64,000 bases of DNA, from NCBI GenBank assembly GCA_020632445.1, contig JACKFN010000004.1:4952-68951 (forward strand), read 5' to 3'. The notes below the pieces were generated by a model. It worked only from the letters and a program-made list of their open reading frames with translations, made no database searches and was not told the DNA's origin. Shown piece by piece: positions 29,342-38,753 of the stretch (positions are counted from its first letter, which is position 1; each line of letters begins with the position of its first letter). A program made the translations under genes and the position numbers. The stretch comes from Candidatus Nomurabacteria bacterium (GTDB lineage Bacteria; Patescibacteriota; Patescibacteriia; Magasanikbacterales; UBA922).

Positions 29342-30246
29342 CGGCGTGCACGTTTGGCGGCAAACTTGATGATTTCTCCGGCAACGTCTCTTCCTGTGGC
29401 CTTGGTGATTCCCTCAAGTCCTGGATTCGCATTTACTTCAAGGACCTTTGGTCCTTTTTTGGTACGCAAAATATCTACACCTGCCATATCGAGTCCGCAC
29501 GCCGCTACTGCTGCAAAGGCAATGTCTTTTTCCTTGCGAGTAAGTTCAGCAACGCGCACTCTGCCTCCGAGTTTAAAGTTGGATCGGAATTCACCACGTT
29601 TGGTTGCGACACGCTCCATGGCAGCAATAATACGCTTACCGAGAATAAATACACGGATATCTTTTCCTTTTGATTCTTTGACGTACTCCTGCACAATAAG
29701 TGGATTTGATCCTCCACTTTCTGTAAGCATTTCTACGATAGATCGCATTCCACGTTTGCTCTCGACAATGGCAACACCAAGGCCATGTGATCCTGAAATA
29801 TTTTTGAGTATTACTGGGTAAGTCCCGAAGTCCTTTACCACGTCTTCAATGTAGTCCGCACTTCGGACAACATAGGTTTTTGGCATGGGGACACCATTTT
29901 TTGCAAGTGTCTGAAGGGTATGGACTTTGTTTTTTGCCTTGATGACTCCTGAGTGTTTATTGACTACCTTAACGTTTGACATTTCAAACTGTTTGATCAG
30001 GCTTGCATGAATTTCGAGATCTTTGTGCAGAAAATTTGCACGCACAAGGAGTATTTTGGCTCTTGGTGGCTTACCATCGACTAGGATCTTGGGTTTTCCC
30101 GTAAATTTAAGTTGGCAATCGCGGGAATGGATAATTTCTATTTCATGCCCAAGCTTTTCAGCTGAATCACGAAGCATAGAGAGATCAGTTCTTACAGTTG
30201 AGCTGAGATTGCCTGCACTTCCGTAGACAAGAACGTGTATTTTCAT
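29338..30246 (-). CDS. rimK: RimK-family alpha-L-glutamate ligase (ATP-grasp)
   Basis: CGLDMAGVDILRTKKGPKVLEVNANPGLEGI and ILKNISGSHGLGVAIVES. Confidence 0.8.
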   Translation of the reverse strand: MKIHVLVYGSAGNLSSTVRTDLSMLRDSAEKLGHEIEIIHSRDCQLKFTGKPKILVDGKPPRAKILLVRANFLHKDLEIHASLIKQFEMSNVKVVNKHSGVIKAKNKVHTLQTLAKNGVPMPKTYVVRSADYIEDVVKDFGTYPVILKNISGSHGLGVAIVESKRGMRSIVEMLTESGGSNPLIVQEYVKESKGKDIRVFILGKRIIAAMERVATKRGEFRSNFKLGGRVRVAELTRKEKDIAFAAVAACGLDMAGVDILRTKKGPKVLEVNANPGLEGITKATGRDVAGEIIKFAAKRARR

Positions 30247-30977
30247 AGGAGTGTTTTGAGTGATTGAGCGATGAGCGCACCTGTGCGTTTGGCGTGCTCT
30301 TTGTCAGTTCGCAGTGATTTATCAATTTCTAATTGGAATGCCCAATCAGCTTTGTTAATGGTTTTGTGAGTTTGTATTCCCGTCCATCTGCTCCAAGCCG
30401 GAAAGTATCTACCGATCGTTACCTCTTTGTCGCTGACGGCTTTGAAAGTGTGTTCCAATTTTTTCCTTAGAAGAATTGCCATTTCGGGTGGCATGGTCAC
30501 TTCACCGTTGTTTTCTTTTACATTGGCGCTATCTTCAAATGCACGTATATGTGAATTATACCACGCACCCATACCAATATCTATACAACTGTCTTGGTTT
30601 TGCATTCCGTGAATATGGACAATGATAGCTCGCCCAAGATCGCTTTCGCGCACTTTTTTTTGCAGAGCAAAGATATCTTTGTAGAATGCTTTTAAGTCAG
30701 GATGTTTGTTTTGAAAGAGGTGCTTTCCCCCCTTTTGCCACCAGGTGAGACGGTTAAAGTTGCATACTCGCTCCGGGTACCTCTTTGCTTTTTTGTTGGT
30801 CTCTTTGAAATACTGTGTGTTAATCACGGCGCTAGCCTGAAGTTCCTGTGCCAGTGCGTAGGTGATGTACCTTGTAAAAGCATCGTCACCTGCAGCGTGC
30901 GGAGCGACAAAAATAAAGTTAGATGCTTTTTCGACCATGTATCCATAAGGACGTGATTGGTAGTTGGCTTTTTCCAT
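30243..30977 (-). CDS. putative amidohydrolase (N-formylglutamate amidohydrolase / zinc peptidase-like), co-operonic with rimK
   Basis: FVAPHAAGDD…IIVHIHGM motifs. Assignment is weak. Confidence 0.35.
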   Translation of the reverse strand: MEKANYQSRPYGYMVEKASNFIFVAPHAAGDDAFTRYITYALAQELQASAVINTQYFKETNKKAKRYPERVCNFNRLTWWQKGGKHLFQNKHPDLKAFYKDIFALQKKVRESDLGRAIIVHIHGMQNQDSCIDIGMGAWYNSHIRAFEDSANVKENNGEVTMPPEMAILLRKKLEHTFKAVSDKEVTIGRYFPAWSRWTGIQTHKTINKADWAFQLEIDKSLRTDKEHAKRTGALIAQSLKTLL

Positions 30978-31046
30978 ACAGCAGGCTAATAGTATAGCGG
31001 AAAAAGAAGAAAATGTCCAGACTTGGGTCGTATACGTAAACTGGAC

Positions 31047-32039
31047 TTATCGTAGTGGCTGTGGGAGGATTGAGGGATATTTTTTGAGCAGGCTCGATAT
31101 GCCGGCTCGAGAGAGAAGTCCGTTTTGTGCACCAAATTTTTGGATGACACCACCAGCGTTTGCTGTTGCCCAGCAAAGAGCTTCTTGGGGTGGCTTTTGG
31201 TATATGATCGCCGCAAGCAGTCCACTGGCAAACGCGTCCCCTGCACCAGTTTTTGCAAACGCCTGAATAGGAAAGGGTTTCATAAAAAAAGATTGACCGC
31301 TTGAGCGGAGGAAGGATCCTTTGGTCCCATCAGTGATAGCAACCTGAGCAATGCCAAGTTTTTCAAACTTTTTGAGAAGAAGAGGTATATCTCCTTTACT
31401 TTTGAGCATGGCTTGGGCTTCCTCCTTGTTGCAAATGAGTAGGTTTACATAGGGAAGGACTTCATGAACAAGAGACATGTTGTCTTTGAGCATGTGAGAC
31501 CCTGGATTGAAGGCAAGATTGCTGTGTTTATGTTTGCGCAAATAGGAAATAACCCCTTTTTGAATATTGGAACAATTTTGTCCGTGGGAAGTGTAGTAAA
31601 TCCACTGCGTTGGGGCAAGTTTTGGGAGCTTGTATTTTCTCTCTGGGTAGTAGGATAATATGGTTCTTTCAGCCTTGTAGTTAAGTACCACGCCATAGCG
31701 AGTTTCCCTTTTTTTCTCTTGTCTGAGATACGTGGTGTCAACGCCCGATTCTTGAAGTCGATACGCTACATAGTTTCCATTGATGTCATCTCCTATTTGG
31801 CTAACAATACCACAGCGAAGTCCGAGTTTGGCAATTCCAGAGGCAACATTTGCAGCATTACCACCGATGTCCTGACAGGAATTGGTAATGGCAATTTTCT
31901 CTGCATAGTTCAAACAGAGTTTTTCTGGTCGATGAGATGTTTTACCATAGGTAAGGTGTGCTTGGTCGATTTCTACATAGGTGTCGACCACGCAATCGCC
32001 AATACTTAGGACATCAAAGGTGTTTTTTTTTGTTGGCAT
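31047..32039 (-). CDS. PfkB-family carbohydrate kinase (ribokinase/fructokinase-like)
   Basis: DVLSIGDCVVDTY N-terminal and GAGDAFASGLLAAI C-terminal signatures. Confidence 0.8.
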   Translation of the reverse strand: MPTKKNTFDVLSIGDCVVDTYVEIDQAHLTYGKTSHRPEKLCLNYAEKIAITNSCQDIGGNAANVASGIAKLGLRCGIVSQIGDDINGNYVAYRLQESGVDTTYLRQEKKRETRYGVVLNYKAERTILSYYPERKYKLPKLAPTQWIYYTSHGQNCSNIQKGVISYLRKHKHSNLAFNPGSHMLKDNMSLVHEVLPYVNLLICNKEEAQAMLKSKGDIPLLLKKFEKLGIAQVAITDGTKGSFLRSSGQSFFMKPFPIQAFAKTGAGDAFASGLLAAIIYQKPPQEALCWATANAGGVIQKFGAQNGLLSRAGISSLLKKYPSILPQPLR

Positions 32040-32259
32040 AGGTATTTTTCAAGGTAGAGAGTTCCCAGAGACTTGCTGATATAAATAGTACTTGAAGGGG
32101 AATAAAGATAGGGTCTTTGAGAGAAATGCTATAGATGAGAAGTCCCAGTCCTCCAAAAACAAAGAGCCAGTCTTGTTGTTTTTCTGATTTTGCAAAGATG
32201 GCCCATGTTATGATGAGCAATCCTAGTATACCAAAAATTTTTGGTAGGGTGATAGTCAT
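32014..32259 (-). CDS. hypothetical small membrane protein (2 TM)
   Basis: Hydrophobic ORF in an operonic position. Confidence 0.3.
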   Translation of the reverse strand: MTITLPKIFGILGLLIITWAIFAKSEKQQDWLFVFGGLGLLIYSISLKDPIFIPLQVLFISASLWELSTLKNTYANKKKHL

Positions 32260-32262
32260 GGA

Positions 32263-32640
32263 CTAATCATTCAAATAGAAAAAATCCGTTGGGTCGTCTT
32301 TGTGAGTTTTTTCGATAAAAACACAATCAGTAACCATGTGCATTTCATGATAGATCATCGGATCAATTTTCCAGCTTGTTGGTGCTTCTGCATCAAATGC
32401 CTGTTCTTCTCCGTTGTCTAAATTTCTACAGATAAACCTGGCTTTTCCAGAAATAAGCACACCATGCTCCGGTGTTCTGCTTGGGGAGTTTCCCTTATGG
32501 TAGTGTTTTCCACCTACAATGCCTTGTTTGCGAAAAAATATTCCCACTCCTTGGGTTGCAAAGTTGGCAATAGCGATATTCCACCCTTTTTCAGTGATTC
32601 GCTTGGTATCATTTAGGTTTTCAAAAACAACTCCTTTCAT
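32263..32640 (-). CDS. cupin-fold protein (WxcM/FdtA-like sugar isomerase or RmlC-like)
   Basis: GGKHYHKGNSPSRTPEHGVLISGKARF. The start was trimmed to MKGVVF with a 4-nt gap to trxB. Confidence 0.45.
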   Translation of the reverse strand: MKGVVFENLNDTKRITEKGWNIAIANFATQGVGIFFRKQGIVGGKHYHKGNSPSRTPEHGVLISGKARFICRNLDNGEEQAFDAEAPTSWKIDPMIYHEMHMVTDCVFIEKTHKDDPTDFFYLND

Positions 32641-32641
32641 A

Positions 32642-33598
32642 CTACGATTTGGGATGCCATTTGTTGATATATTCAATGGCACTGAGCGCAGCAGTAGCTC
32701 CTTGACCGGCGGCAATGCTGATTTGTTTGTATTGGATGGAAGTGACATCTCCGGCTGCAAAGACGCCAGGGCAGCTGGTGCGGCAGTGCAGGTCAATTTC
32801 AAATTCTTTTTGAGAGTTTTTGTTTGCACAGTTTGTAAAGTCAGAATTTGGAATGACTCCAATATGAACCATGACACCATTTACATCAATGTATTGTTTT
32901 TCACCGGACGGTTCATCGATGTAGCAAAGCTTATTTACAAGGCCTTCTCCAAGGATTTCACAGGTCATGGCATTGTAGATGATTTCAATGTTATCGGTAG
33001 CTTTTACTTTGTCTACAAGGATGTTTTCTCCCTTTGGAAAGCCTCCTTTTACACTCGGGTCATCTGGATACTTGGTGATCAGATAGGCTTTTTGGGCAAT
33101 CGTCGAGAGCATAAGCGCAGATTCCAGCGCTGAGTTTCCAGCTCCGACCGTTGCGGTGATTTTGTTTCGAAACAGGGGCCCATCACATACTGTACAATAG
33201 GTAACACCTTTGCCTTTGAATTCTTTTTCGCCAGGAATATCAAGACTCCTTGGATGAATCCCGGTGGCAATGATGACGGTTTTGGTTTCGTAGGTTCTTT
33301 CTTCGCCAGAAAAGTTTTTGGCAACCACGACGTGATAATTTTCTACCTGTTTGATTTCTTGAACACGGAATCCTTCATCAATTTTGACGTTGTAATTCTT
33401 TACATGGTCATGGAAATTTTGTGCAAGTTCTACACCGGTGGTGTGAATGACTCCTGGCCAGTTTTCGACTTCTCCAGAGAGAGCAACTTCTCCACCAATG
33501 TCGTCACTCACAATCAAAAAGTTAAGATTTCGACGAGCAGCATATACAGCAGCGCTACATCCGGCAGCAGAGGCTCCAATAATCACAAGATCTAACAT
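32642..33598 (-). CDS. trxB: thioredoxin-disulfide reductase
   Basis: MLDLVIIGASAAGCSAAVYAARRN (FAD), CTVCDG redox CxxC, GAGNSALE (NADPH). Confidence 0.85.
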   Translation of the reverse strand: MLDLVIIGASAAGCSAAVYAARRNLNFLIVSDDIGGEVALSGEVENWPGVIHTTGVELAQNFHDHVKNYNVKIDEGFRVQEIKQVENYHVVVAKNFSGEERTYETKTVIIATGIHPRSLDIPGEKEFKGKGVTYCTVCDGPLFRNKITATVGAGNSALESALMLSTIAQKAYLITKYPDDPSVKGGFPKGENILVDKVKATDNIEIIYNAMTCEILGEGLVNKLCYIDEPSGEKQYIDVNGVMVHIGVIPNSDFTNCANKNSQKEFEIDLHCRTSCPGVFAAGDVTSIQYKQISIAAGQGATAALSAIEYINKWHPKS

Positions 33599-33611
33599 AA
33601 GGGCATTTCTT

Positions 33612-34253
33612 TTAAGAATTTTGTATAAGATTTTTAAGGTATTCAAAGTTGTCGGCAAAGGTATTCTTGTCATTCCATAGCGCGCTGCCAACACAAAAGT
33701 TTTGCACACCCACTGATTTAAGATCGGGGATGGTGTCGGGTCCCACATGACCATCAGCGGAAATTGGAACATCGGGGTTTTGCTTTGCAAAGTGTTCTAT
33801 TTTATCAAGCACTGATGGCAAAAAGGGTTGGCCCTGTTTTCCGGGGACGATGCACATGAATTGGACTGAGTCGATTTGATCAATAACCGGGTCAAGAACA
33901 AGAGATGGTGTTTCAATATTGAGACAGACGGAAATATGCTTGTCATAAGCGCTCATAATACGAACAGCAATTTCTATATCGTCAACGGCTTCGTAGTGGA
34001 AGATAATGCGTTTGAGACGTTCGATATTTTTCCAATTTTCGATTTCTTCGAGTGGGTTTTCGACCATCATGTGCAATTCAAAATCAACAGGACAGTTTTG
34101 GGCAATTATTGCGGAGTTATGCCATGTTTGATTGTCAACAAATTTTCCATCGGCAATGTCGATTTGTACAAAGTCTGTTGTCTTGGAGGCGATTTCAATT
34201 TGTTTTTCGAATGATTGTCGGTCGTAGGTGAGAATAGAAGGAATGAGTTTCAT
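33612..34253 (-). CDS. rpe: ribulose-phosphate 3-epimerase
   Basis: MKLIPSIL, IDIADGKFV, HMMVENP, ISADGHV motifs. Confidence 0.7.
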   Translation of the reverse strand: MKLIPSILTYDRQSFEKQIEIASKTTDFVQIDIADGKFVDNQTWHNSAIIAQNCPVDFELHMMVENPLEEIENWKNIERLKRIIFHYEAVDDIEIAVRIMSAYDKHISVCLNIETPSLVLDPVIDQIDSVQFMCIVPGKQGQPFLPSVLDKIEHFAKQNPDVPISADGHVGPDTIPDLKSVGVQNFCVGSALWNDKNTFADNFEYLKNLIQNS

Positions 34254-34256
34254 AAT

Positions 34257-34712
34257 CTAGCATTTTTCCATTTCTGATACTTTTTTGAGTCTTCTGACAT
34301 GTCTTTCTTCGTTACTAAAGTCAGTTTCAAGCCATTTTTTGACAATGGCCATGGCATGTTCCTCGGAGAGTCCTTTGGCAGCCAGTGCGAGGACATTGGT
34401 GTTGTCATCTGCCATCATGGTTTCGGCTGCCATGAGGTTGTAGCCGATGCCACAGCGAATACCATCTACTTTGTTGGCACCAATACAGACTCCTATGCCG
34501 TTTTTACAGATCACAATGCCTCGGCCACTCGTTTTGAGAACCTCTTGGGAGAGTGGGAGGACATAGTCTGGATAGTCGTCTGACTCGTCATATTCAAAAG
34601 GACCGATATCTTCTATGGAGAGGTTTAGTTCGTTTTCGATATATCGAATCAGACGTTTTTTGAGTTGGTATCCGCCATGATCGCTGGCAATGTAGAGGTT
34701 TCCTTGGAACAT
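34257..34712 (-). CDS. rpiB: ribose-5-phosphate isomerase B
   Basis: LYIASDHGGYQLKKRLIRY…GRGIVICKNGIGVCIGANK. Confidence 0.85.
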   Translation of the reverse strand: MFQGNLYIASDHGGYQLKKRLIRYIENELNLSIEDIGPFEYDESDDYPDYVLPLSQEVLKTSGRGIVICKNGIGVCIGANKVDGIRCGIGYNLMAAETMMADDNTNVLALAAKGLSEEHAMAIVKKWLETDFSNEERHVRRLKKVSEMEKC

Positions 34713-34785
34713 ATGAGCGTATTTTATGGGGGAAGTATACCACCATGGGTGAGTTGTTTCAAACTGGGGAAAAGGCTGTAATGTA

Positions 34786-34814
34786 TTGACAAAATTTGCG
34801 TTATGTGATATACA
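34786..34814 (+). promoter_or_regulatory. sigma70-type promoter (TTGACA - 17 nt - TATACA, TGTG extended -10)
   Basis: ttgacaaaatttgcgttatgtgatataca followed by AGGAGG and an ATG at 34849. Confidence 0.5.
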
Positions 34815-34848
34815 GAGAAGTCCGAAAACTGCCAACGAAGGAGGTATC

Positions 34849-35637
34849 ATGGGAATCTCGGTCACGATCAATAAGGGGAAGCATTCCCATCCGATTCCGG
34901 ATGGGGCCAAGGAACTCCTCGAGGAGTTCTTCGGGAGCGCCGGACTCGAGGGTGAGATTACCGTCCAGCAGGGGGCGGCGGTCAAGGGCACTGCCCACCT
35001 GCAGGGCTTGACTAATGTCTCCATTAAGGGGATCAGTGGTCGGTACGTGATCGTCCGGGTTCAGCCCGGCAACAACACCACTGGTCGTGAGTACCAGGTG
35101 GTGACCCCCAATAACCTCTCGCCGCAACTTCTGTTTCGACTGCTCAAGTCCACAGCCCAAGAGCTCAAGGAAGGTGGCAGCAACGGGACAGTTGTCGGTT
35201 TCGATGATCTGCAGGACCAGGAATCGCAGATTCTGCGGCAGATTCAGGAGTGCGATGATGAACTCAATGCCCTGACCGAGAAGATCGGGCAGCTGAAGGA
35301 GTTTGTTGAAGCGGATCGCTTGCCTCTGAGTCGGCTCGAGCAGAAGATCGAGCAGGTCAGACAGCAGATCACGGCGCTGCAGGAGGCCTTGGAAGGTCAC
35401 CGACGCGAGCGCAATGGACTCGAGGAGAAGTTCTCCAAGTCCCAAAGTGATCTAGCAATCGCGCAGCATGACTACGAGGAGGCCGTGCAGAAGAGAGATG
35501 CCTTGCTGGAACGGCAACATGCTCTGCAGCAACTGCGGGCTGACAGGATAGTCGAGATCGTGCTCGATGCGGCGCATAACCAGAGTGTCGATCCGAATGT
35601 TGTTCACGCCCGACTCGGAGATCTGATTCGGGACTGA
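34849..35637 (+). CDS. high-GC (about 60%) hypothetical protein with a C-terminal coiled coil (foreign cassette)
   Basis: AGGAGGtatcATG start. A coiled-coil heptad region (residues about 130-240) spelled entirely in GC-rich codons. Confidence 0.55.
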   Translation: MGISVTINKGKHSHPIPDGAKELLEEFFGSAGLEGEITVQQGAAVKGTAHLQGLTNVSIKGISGRYVIVRVQPGNNTTGREYQVVTPNNLSPQLLFRLLKSTAQELKEGGSNGTVVGFDDLQDQESQILRQIQECDDELNALTEKIGQLKEFVEADRLPLSRLEQKIEQVRQQITALQEALEGHRRERNGLEEKFSKSQSDLAIAQHDYEEAVQKRDALLERQHALQQLRADRIVEIVLDAAHNQSVDPNVVHARLGDLIRD

Positions 35638-35691
35638 GCTTTTTCCCACAAATGACCCACCACTCGATTTCCCATCGCTCGAGAAATTCCC

Positions 35692-35718
35692 AAAAAACTC
35701 CTCTTTGAGGAGTTTTTT
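35692..35718 (+). terminator. rho-independent terminator
   Basis: aaaaaactcctctttgaggagtttttt. Confidence 0.6.
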
Positions 35719-35725
35719 GGTCGTC

Positions 35726-35754
35726 TTGACAAGTCAAAAGGAATGTGGTATTTT
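35726..35754 (+). promoter_or_regulatory. sigma70-type promoter (TTGACA - 17 nt - TATTTT, TGTG extended -10)
   Basis: ttgacaagtcaaaaggaatgtggtatttt. Confidence 0.4.
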
Positions 35755-35849
35755 CAAATGTCAAATTTTTGGCAACATACAGAGAAATTTTCTTTGTATA
35801 ATGCCCAAAAGGCAGAGACAATTTTTCTATCGGCAACAGAGGGAAAACA

Positions 35850-37109
35850 TTGGGAAGAGAGCATCGTACTGGTAAGCGTAGGGGAGGCGTTCGGCACGCA
35901 CATAAGGCGCGTGCTGTCGTGCGGGCGAACTGGAACAGTCAGGTCGCGGCGCTCAGGGCCGCATACAAGTCCGGCGAGGTCGTGACCGCCGGTGATCTTG
36001 CCAAGCGATGCCCGGGGGCGTTCGAAAACGCCTACAGGGCAGGCGAGTTCCTGGTTCGGGCTCGTCAGCATGGACTGGTGGTCCAGGATGGAAAGCGGGT
36101 GCGTCTTGTCGGCGACGATGCTGGGTCAATGACTCAGGCCGGTGACGAGGACATCGGCACAATCACCAGGATCGGTGACATGGACATCATGGTCCGCACC
36201 TTCTTCGAGAGCAGGACCCCCGCTACGGCGGTTCAGTCCTTTGACCACAGGAGTCTTCAGAAAGAGGGTGGTGTTCTCGGTGGGTACACCTGGGGCGCAC
36301 TCGGGATGTTGTGCCGAGTGCTCAGCGATCGACAGCTCATCGAGCATCCGGTGGTGGAAGGCTTCTTCGGGAGAGGAAGTCGATGGGTGCTCAGTGAGGC
36401 TGGTCTTACGCATCTTCGTGAGATTCAACCCGGTCTTCTTCCAGAGCCTGAGCCTGAGCAGCAGGAACACATGGCTTCAGCCACGGTTGAGCTGGAGGAG
36501 GTCGAGGCCGCGCCAAGCGTGCCGGAGCCAGAGTCTGTCGCCGAGCCGGAACCAACCGTCGAGGTCGACACTCGTCCGGAGCCCCTCAAGCCACGCAGCA
36601 TCGATATGCGTCGATTCCGCCATGATCGCATCGTGCGCGAGCGGGTGCGTCAGGGGCTCCAAGATGCACTCGATGCATCGGGTGGGCGAAGCTGGCTCAC
36701 GCTCGGCAGGGCAGAGATGCTCGGCTTGGGTGAGGCGCTTGCTGAGCTCGAGTTCCTCGGGTGGAACCTTGTACCTGCGGGGGTACGTTCCCGTGCCTTG
36801 GGCTACTTGGCAGAGGATGGTCATATCGTGCGTCAGCGCCGAAGTGGCGTCTACGTCTACAGCCTGAAGGGGTACGAGCCTACGGCTAAGGTCGCGGCCT
36901 CTGCTGTTCCCGACAGAGCACTCGAACCCATCAAGTCCACAGCGGTCAAGTCTGGTGCTGTGTGCAAGCCTAAGCGTACACGACCTGCTGCGACTCCTGC
37001 AGTCGCTCAGCAGCAGGCAACTGAGCCAGACCTCGCAACGATCCTCCTGAACCTGTTCAGCCTGATGGCGGAGATCCCCGACGATCGTCTTCAGGTTCAC
37101 ATCAGCTGA
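35850..37109 (+). CDS. high-GC (about 65%) hypothetical protein with two winged-helix-like modules joined by an acidic Pro/Glu linker (foreign cassette)
   Basis: The frame opens at a TTG after GGGAAA, so the true start is uncertain. EPEPEQQE…PEPESVAEPEPTVE linker. Overlapping alternative-frame ORFs 36142..36867 and 36477..37157 are GC artefacts. Confidence 0.45.
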   Translation: MGREHRTGKRRGGVRHAHKARAVVRANWNSQVAALRAAYKSGEVVTAGDLAKRCPGAFENAYRAGEFLVRARQHGLVVQDGKRVRLVGDDAGSMTQAGDEDIGTITRIGDMDIMVRTFFESRTPATAVQSFDHRSLQKEGGVLGGYTWGALGMLCRVLSDRQLIEHPVVEGFFGRGSRWVLSEAGLTHLREIQPGLLPEPEPEQQEHMASATVELEEVEAAPSVPEPESVAEPEPTVEVDTRPEPLKPRSIDMRRFRHDRIVRERVRQGLQDALDASGGRSWLTLGRAEMLGLGEALAELEFLGWNLVPAGVRSRALGYLAEDGHIVRQRRSGVYVYSLKGYEPTAKVAASAVPDRALEPIKSTAVKSGAVCKPKRTRPAATPAVAQQQATEPDLATILLNLFSLMAEIPDDRLQVHIS

Positions 37110-37240
37110 CTTACCGACACCCCACCTCCGGTCGCACACCCACACGACCAACCCCAAAAAAGCATCTGCAAAAGGTGTTTTTTTGTTTGCAAAAATATAC
37201 CTACTATGTTTAAATCATTTTGGAAACGAGAGGAGTGCAC

Positions 37241-37843
37241 ATGCTGTATCCAACGGGTAGAATGCTTGAGATCCTCTTGAGGGAACTCTATTTACAGGTA
37301 CAAGGGCATATTCCGGGGTCAGTGACGGTAGAGCAGGCGCAGCAGGCTACCTGTTTGATGAGGCTCTATAGCTGCACCGTTATAGCAGATGTGTTCGCCT
37401 TGGCTGTGAGGCATGAGTTGCTTGTAGAGCAAACGCCTGAGCTTTATCTGTGGACCACAAAAGCAAAACAGGCGCTACGCGATTTTGAGCAGTTGAAGTC
37501 CAAGAGAGAAACAAAGAAGTCCGAGCCAAGAAGGGGAAGGCCGGCCATGCGACTTCCAAAAGGCTTTTTGCGAAGTCCAACCTTCGAGCTCGTTGCTGTT
37601 GAAACGGTCATTTTCCTCTTGGAGGATCCATTGGATCCTGGACAGTCTGTGGAGTACGGTGTACTGATTACCCGAATGGCGCAAGAGTTCGGATTTCAGC
37701 GTGACCTGGTCGTCGCCTCCTTTGGGAAAGGACTCTTTGACCTCGCTCGAAGGGGTGTATTGGTTCTGCTGGAGAACCCTACAAAGTGTTACTCTCTGAC
37801 AGATGATGTTCGTAAAGTAGTTGCCGCGCACGCTTGCCTTTAG
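37241..37843 (+). CDS. GC-elevated (about 55%) hypothetical protein (foreign cassette)
   Basis: GAGAGGAGtgcacATG start. Followed by the C-rich tail cctacccaccttcc. Confidence 0.5.
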   Translation: MLYPTGRMLEILLRELYLQVQGHIPGSVTVEQAQQATCLMRLYSCTVIADVFALAVRHELLVEQTPELYLWTTKAKQALRDFEQLKSKRETKKSEPRRGRPAMRLPKGFLRSPTFELVAVETVIFLLEDPLDPGQSVEYGVLITRMAQEFGFQRDLVVASFGKGLFDLARRGVLVLLENPTKCYSLTDDVRKVVAAHACL

Positions 37844-37914
37844 TTTCCTACCCACCTTCCAATTCAGTATTTTGACAGAAATCGTATTTTGAGAGAAAAT
37901 ACTCGCAGAAATAT

Positions 37915-38502
37915 ATGTCAAAACAACAGGGAAGTGTCGAAGTTATCTGTGGCAGCATGTTTTCCGGAAAAACCGAAGAGCTTATTCGTCGTTTGCGTCG
38001 GGCGCAGTATGCTAAGCAAAAGATTCAGGTTTTTAAACCTATACTGGATAACCGGTATGCAGGAGATGCGGTGGTTTCACATGAAGGGTTTACTATAGAA
38101 TGTATTGCGCTTGATCGCGCGCATCATATTTTGTATTTGCTGAGCCCTGATACTGACGTGGTCGGCATTGATGAAATTCAATTTTTTGAAGAAGATATTA
38201 TAGAAGTCGTGCAAGAGCTTGCCGATAGAGGCAAGCGGGTGCTCTGCGCTGGTCTTGATCAGGATTTTACTGCCAAGGGATTTGGTCCAATGCCACAGCT
38301 GCTTGCAATCGCTGAAAAGGTAGATAAAATACAGGCGATTTGTATGCAATGTGGTGACGACGCAAGTCGTACACACAAAATTGCAGGTTCAAGCAGTCAG
38401 GTAGAGGTGGGAGAAAAGGAATTGTATGAAGCCCGTTGCAGATCTTGTCACAAGGGGGCCGCAAAAAGCGAAAAACAAAAGCAATTTTCATTCATTGAGT
38501 AG
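37915..38502 (+). CDS. tdk: thymidine kinase
   Basis: VICGSMFSGKTEEL P-loop and a C-terminal zinc ribbon CMQCG…C. Confidence 0.9.
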   Translation: MSKQQGSVEVICGSMFSGKTEELIRRLRRAQYAKQKIQVFKPILDNRYAGDAVVSHEGFTIECIALDRAHHILYLLSPDTDVVGIDEIQFFEEDIIEVVQELADRGKRVLCAGLDQDFTAKGFGPMPQLLAIAEKVDKIQAICMQCGDDASRTHKIAGSSSQVEVGEKELYEARCRSCHKGAAKSEKQKQFSFIE

Positions 38503-38535
38503 CTTGACAGTTTTTGAAAAAGGGAGTAATGTAAC

Positions 38536-38745
38536 TATACAATTACACAGACTGTTGACTGGTTATCAGCCAGGAATCCGCCTTGGGCGGGGAGTCAAAG
38601 GAAGAAATCTCCATAGACCCTATGTGGTAAGTGGAGGAGAGTAAAACCTTTCGGGTACGCCCGTAACAGCTGTAAGTAAGCGCCACAGAGGAAGCAGGAT
38701 GGTACCGCCCGAAATTGGGTTCCTGCAGATAAGGCGTTTTTTTAT
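38536..38745 (+). promoter_or_regulatory. T-box riboswitch leader of ileS (putative Ile specifier)
   Basis: Promoter TTGACA-17-TAATGT at 38505-38533. T-box consensus-like AGGATGGTACCGCCCG at 38696-38711, followed by GGCG-TTTTTTT just before the ileS ATG. Confidence 0.5.
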
Positions 38746-38753
38746 TTTCACAT

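Noticed and set aside
36142-37157. 241-aa (+, alternative frame) and 226-aa (-) ORFs overlapping cassette 35850..37109
   Set aside because: Same GC artefact. They have no start context, and the Ser/Arg/Ala-rich low-complexity translations are typical of out-of-frame GC-rich sequence.
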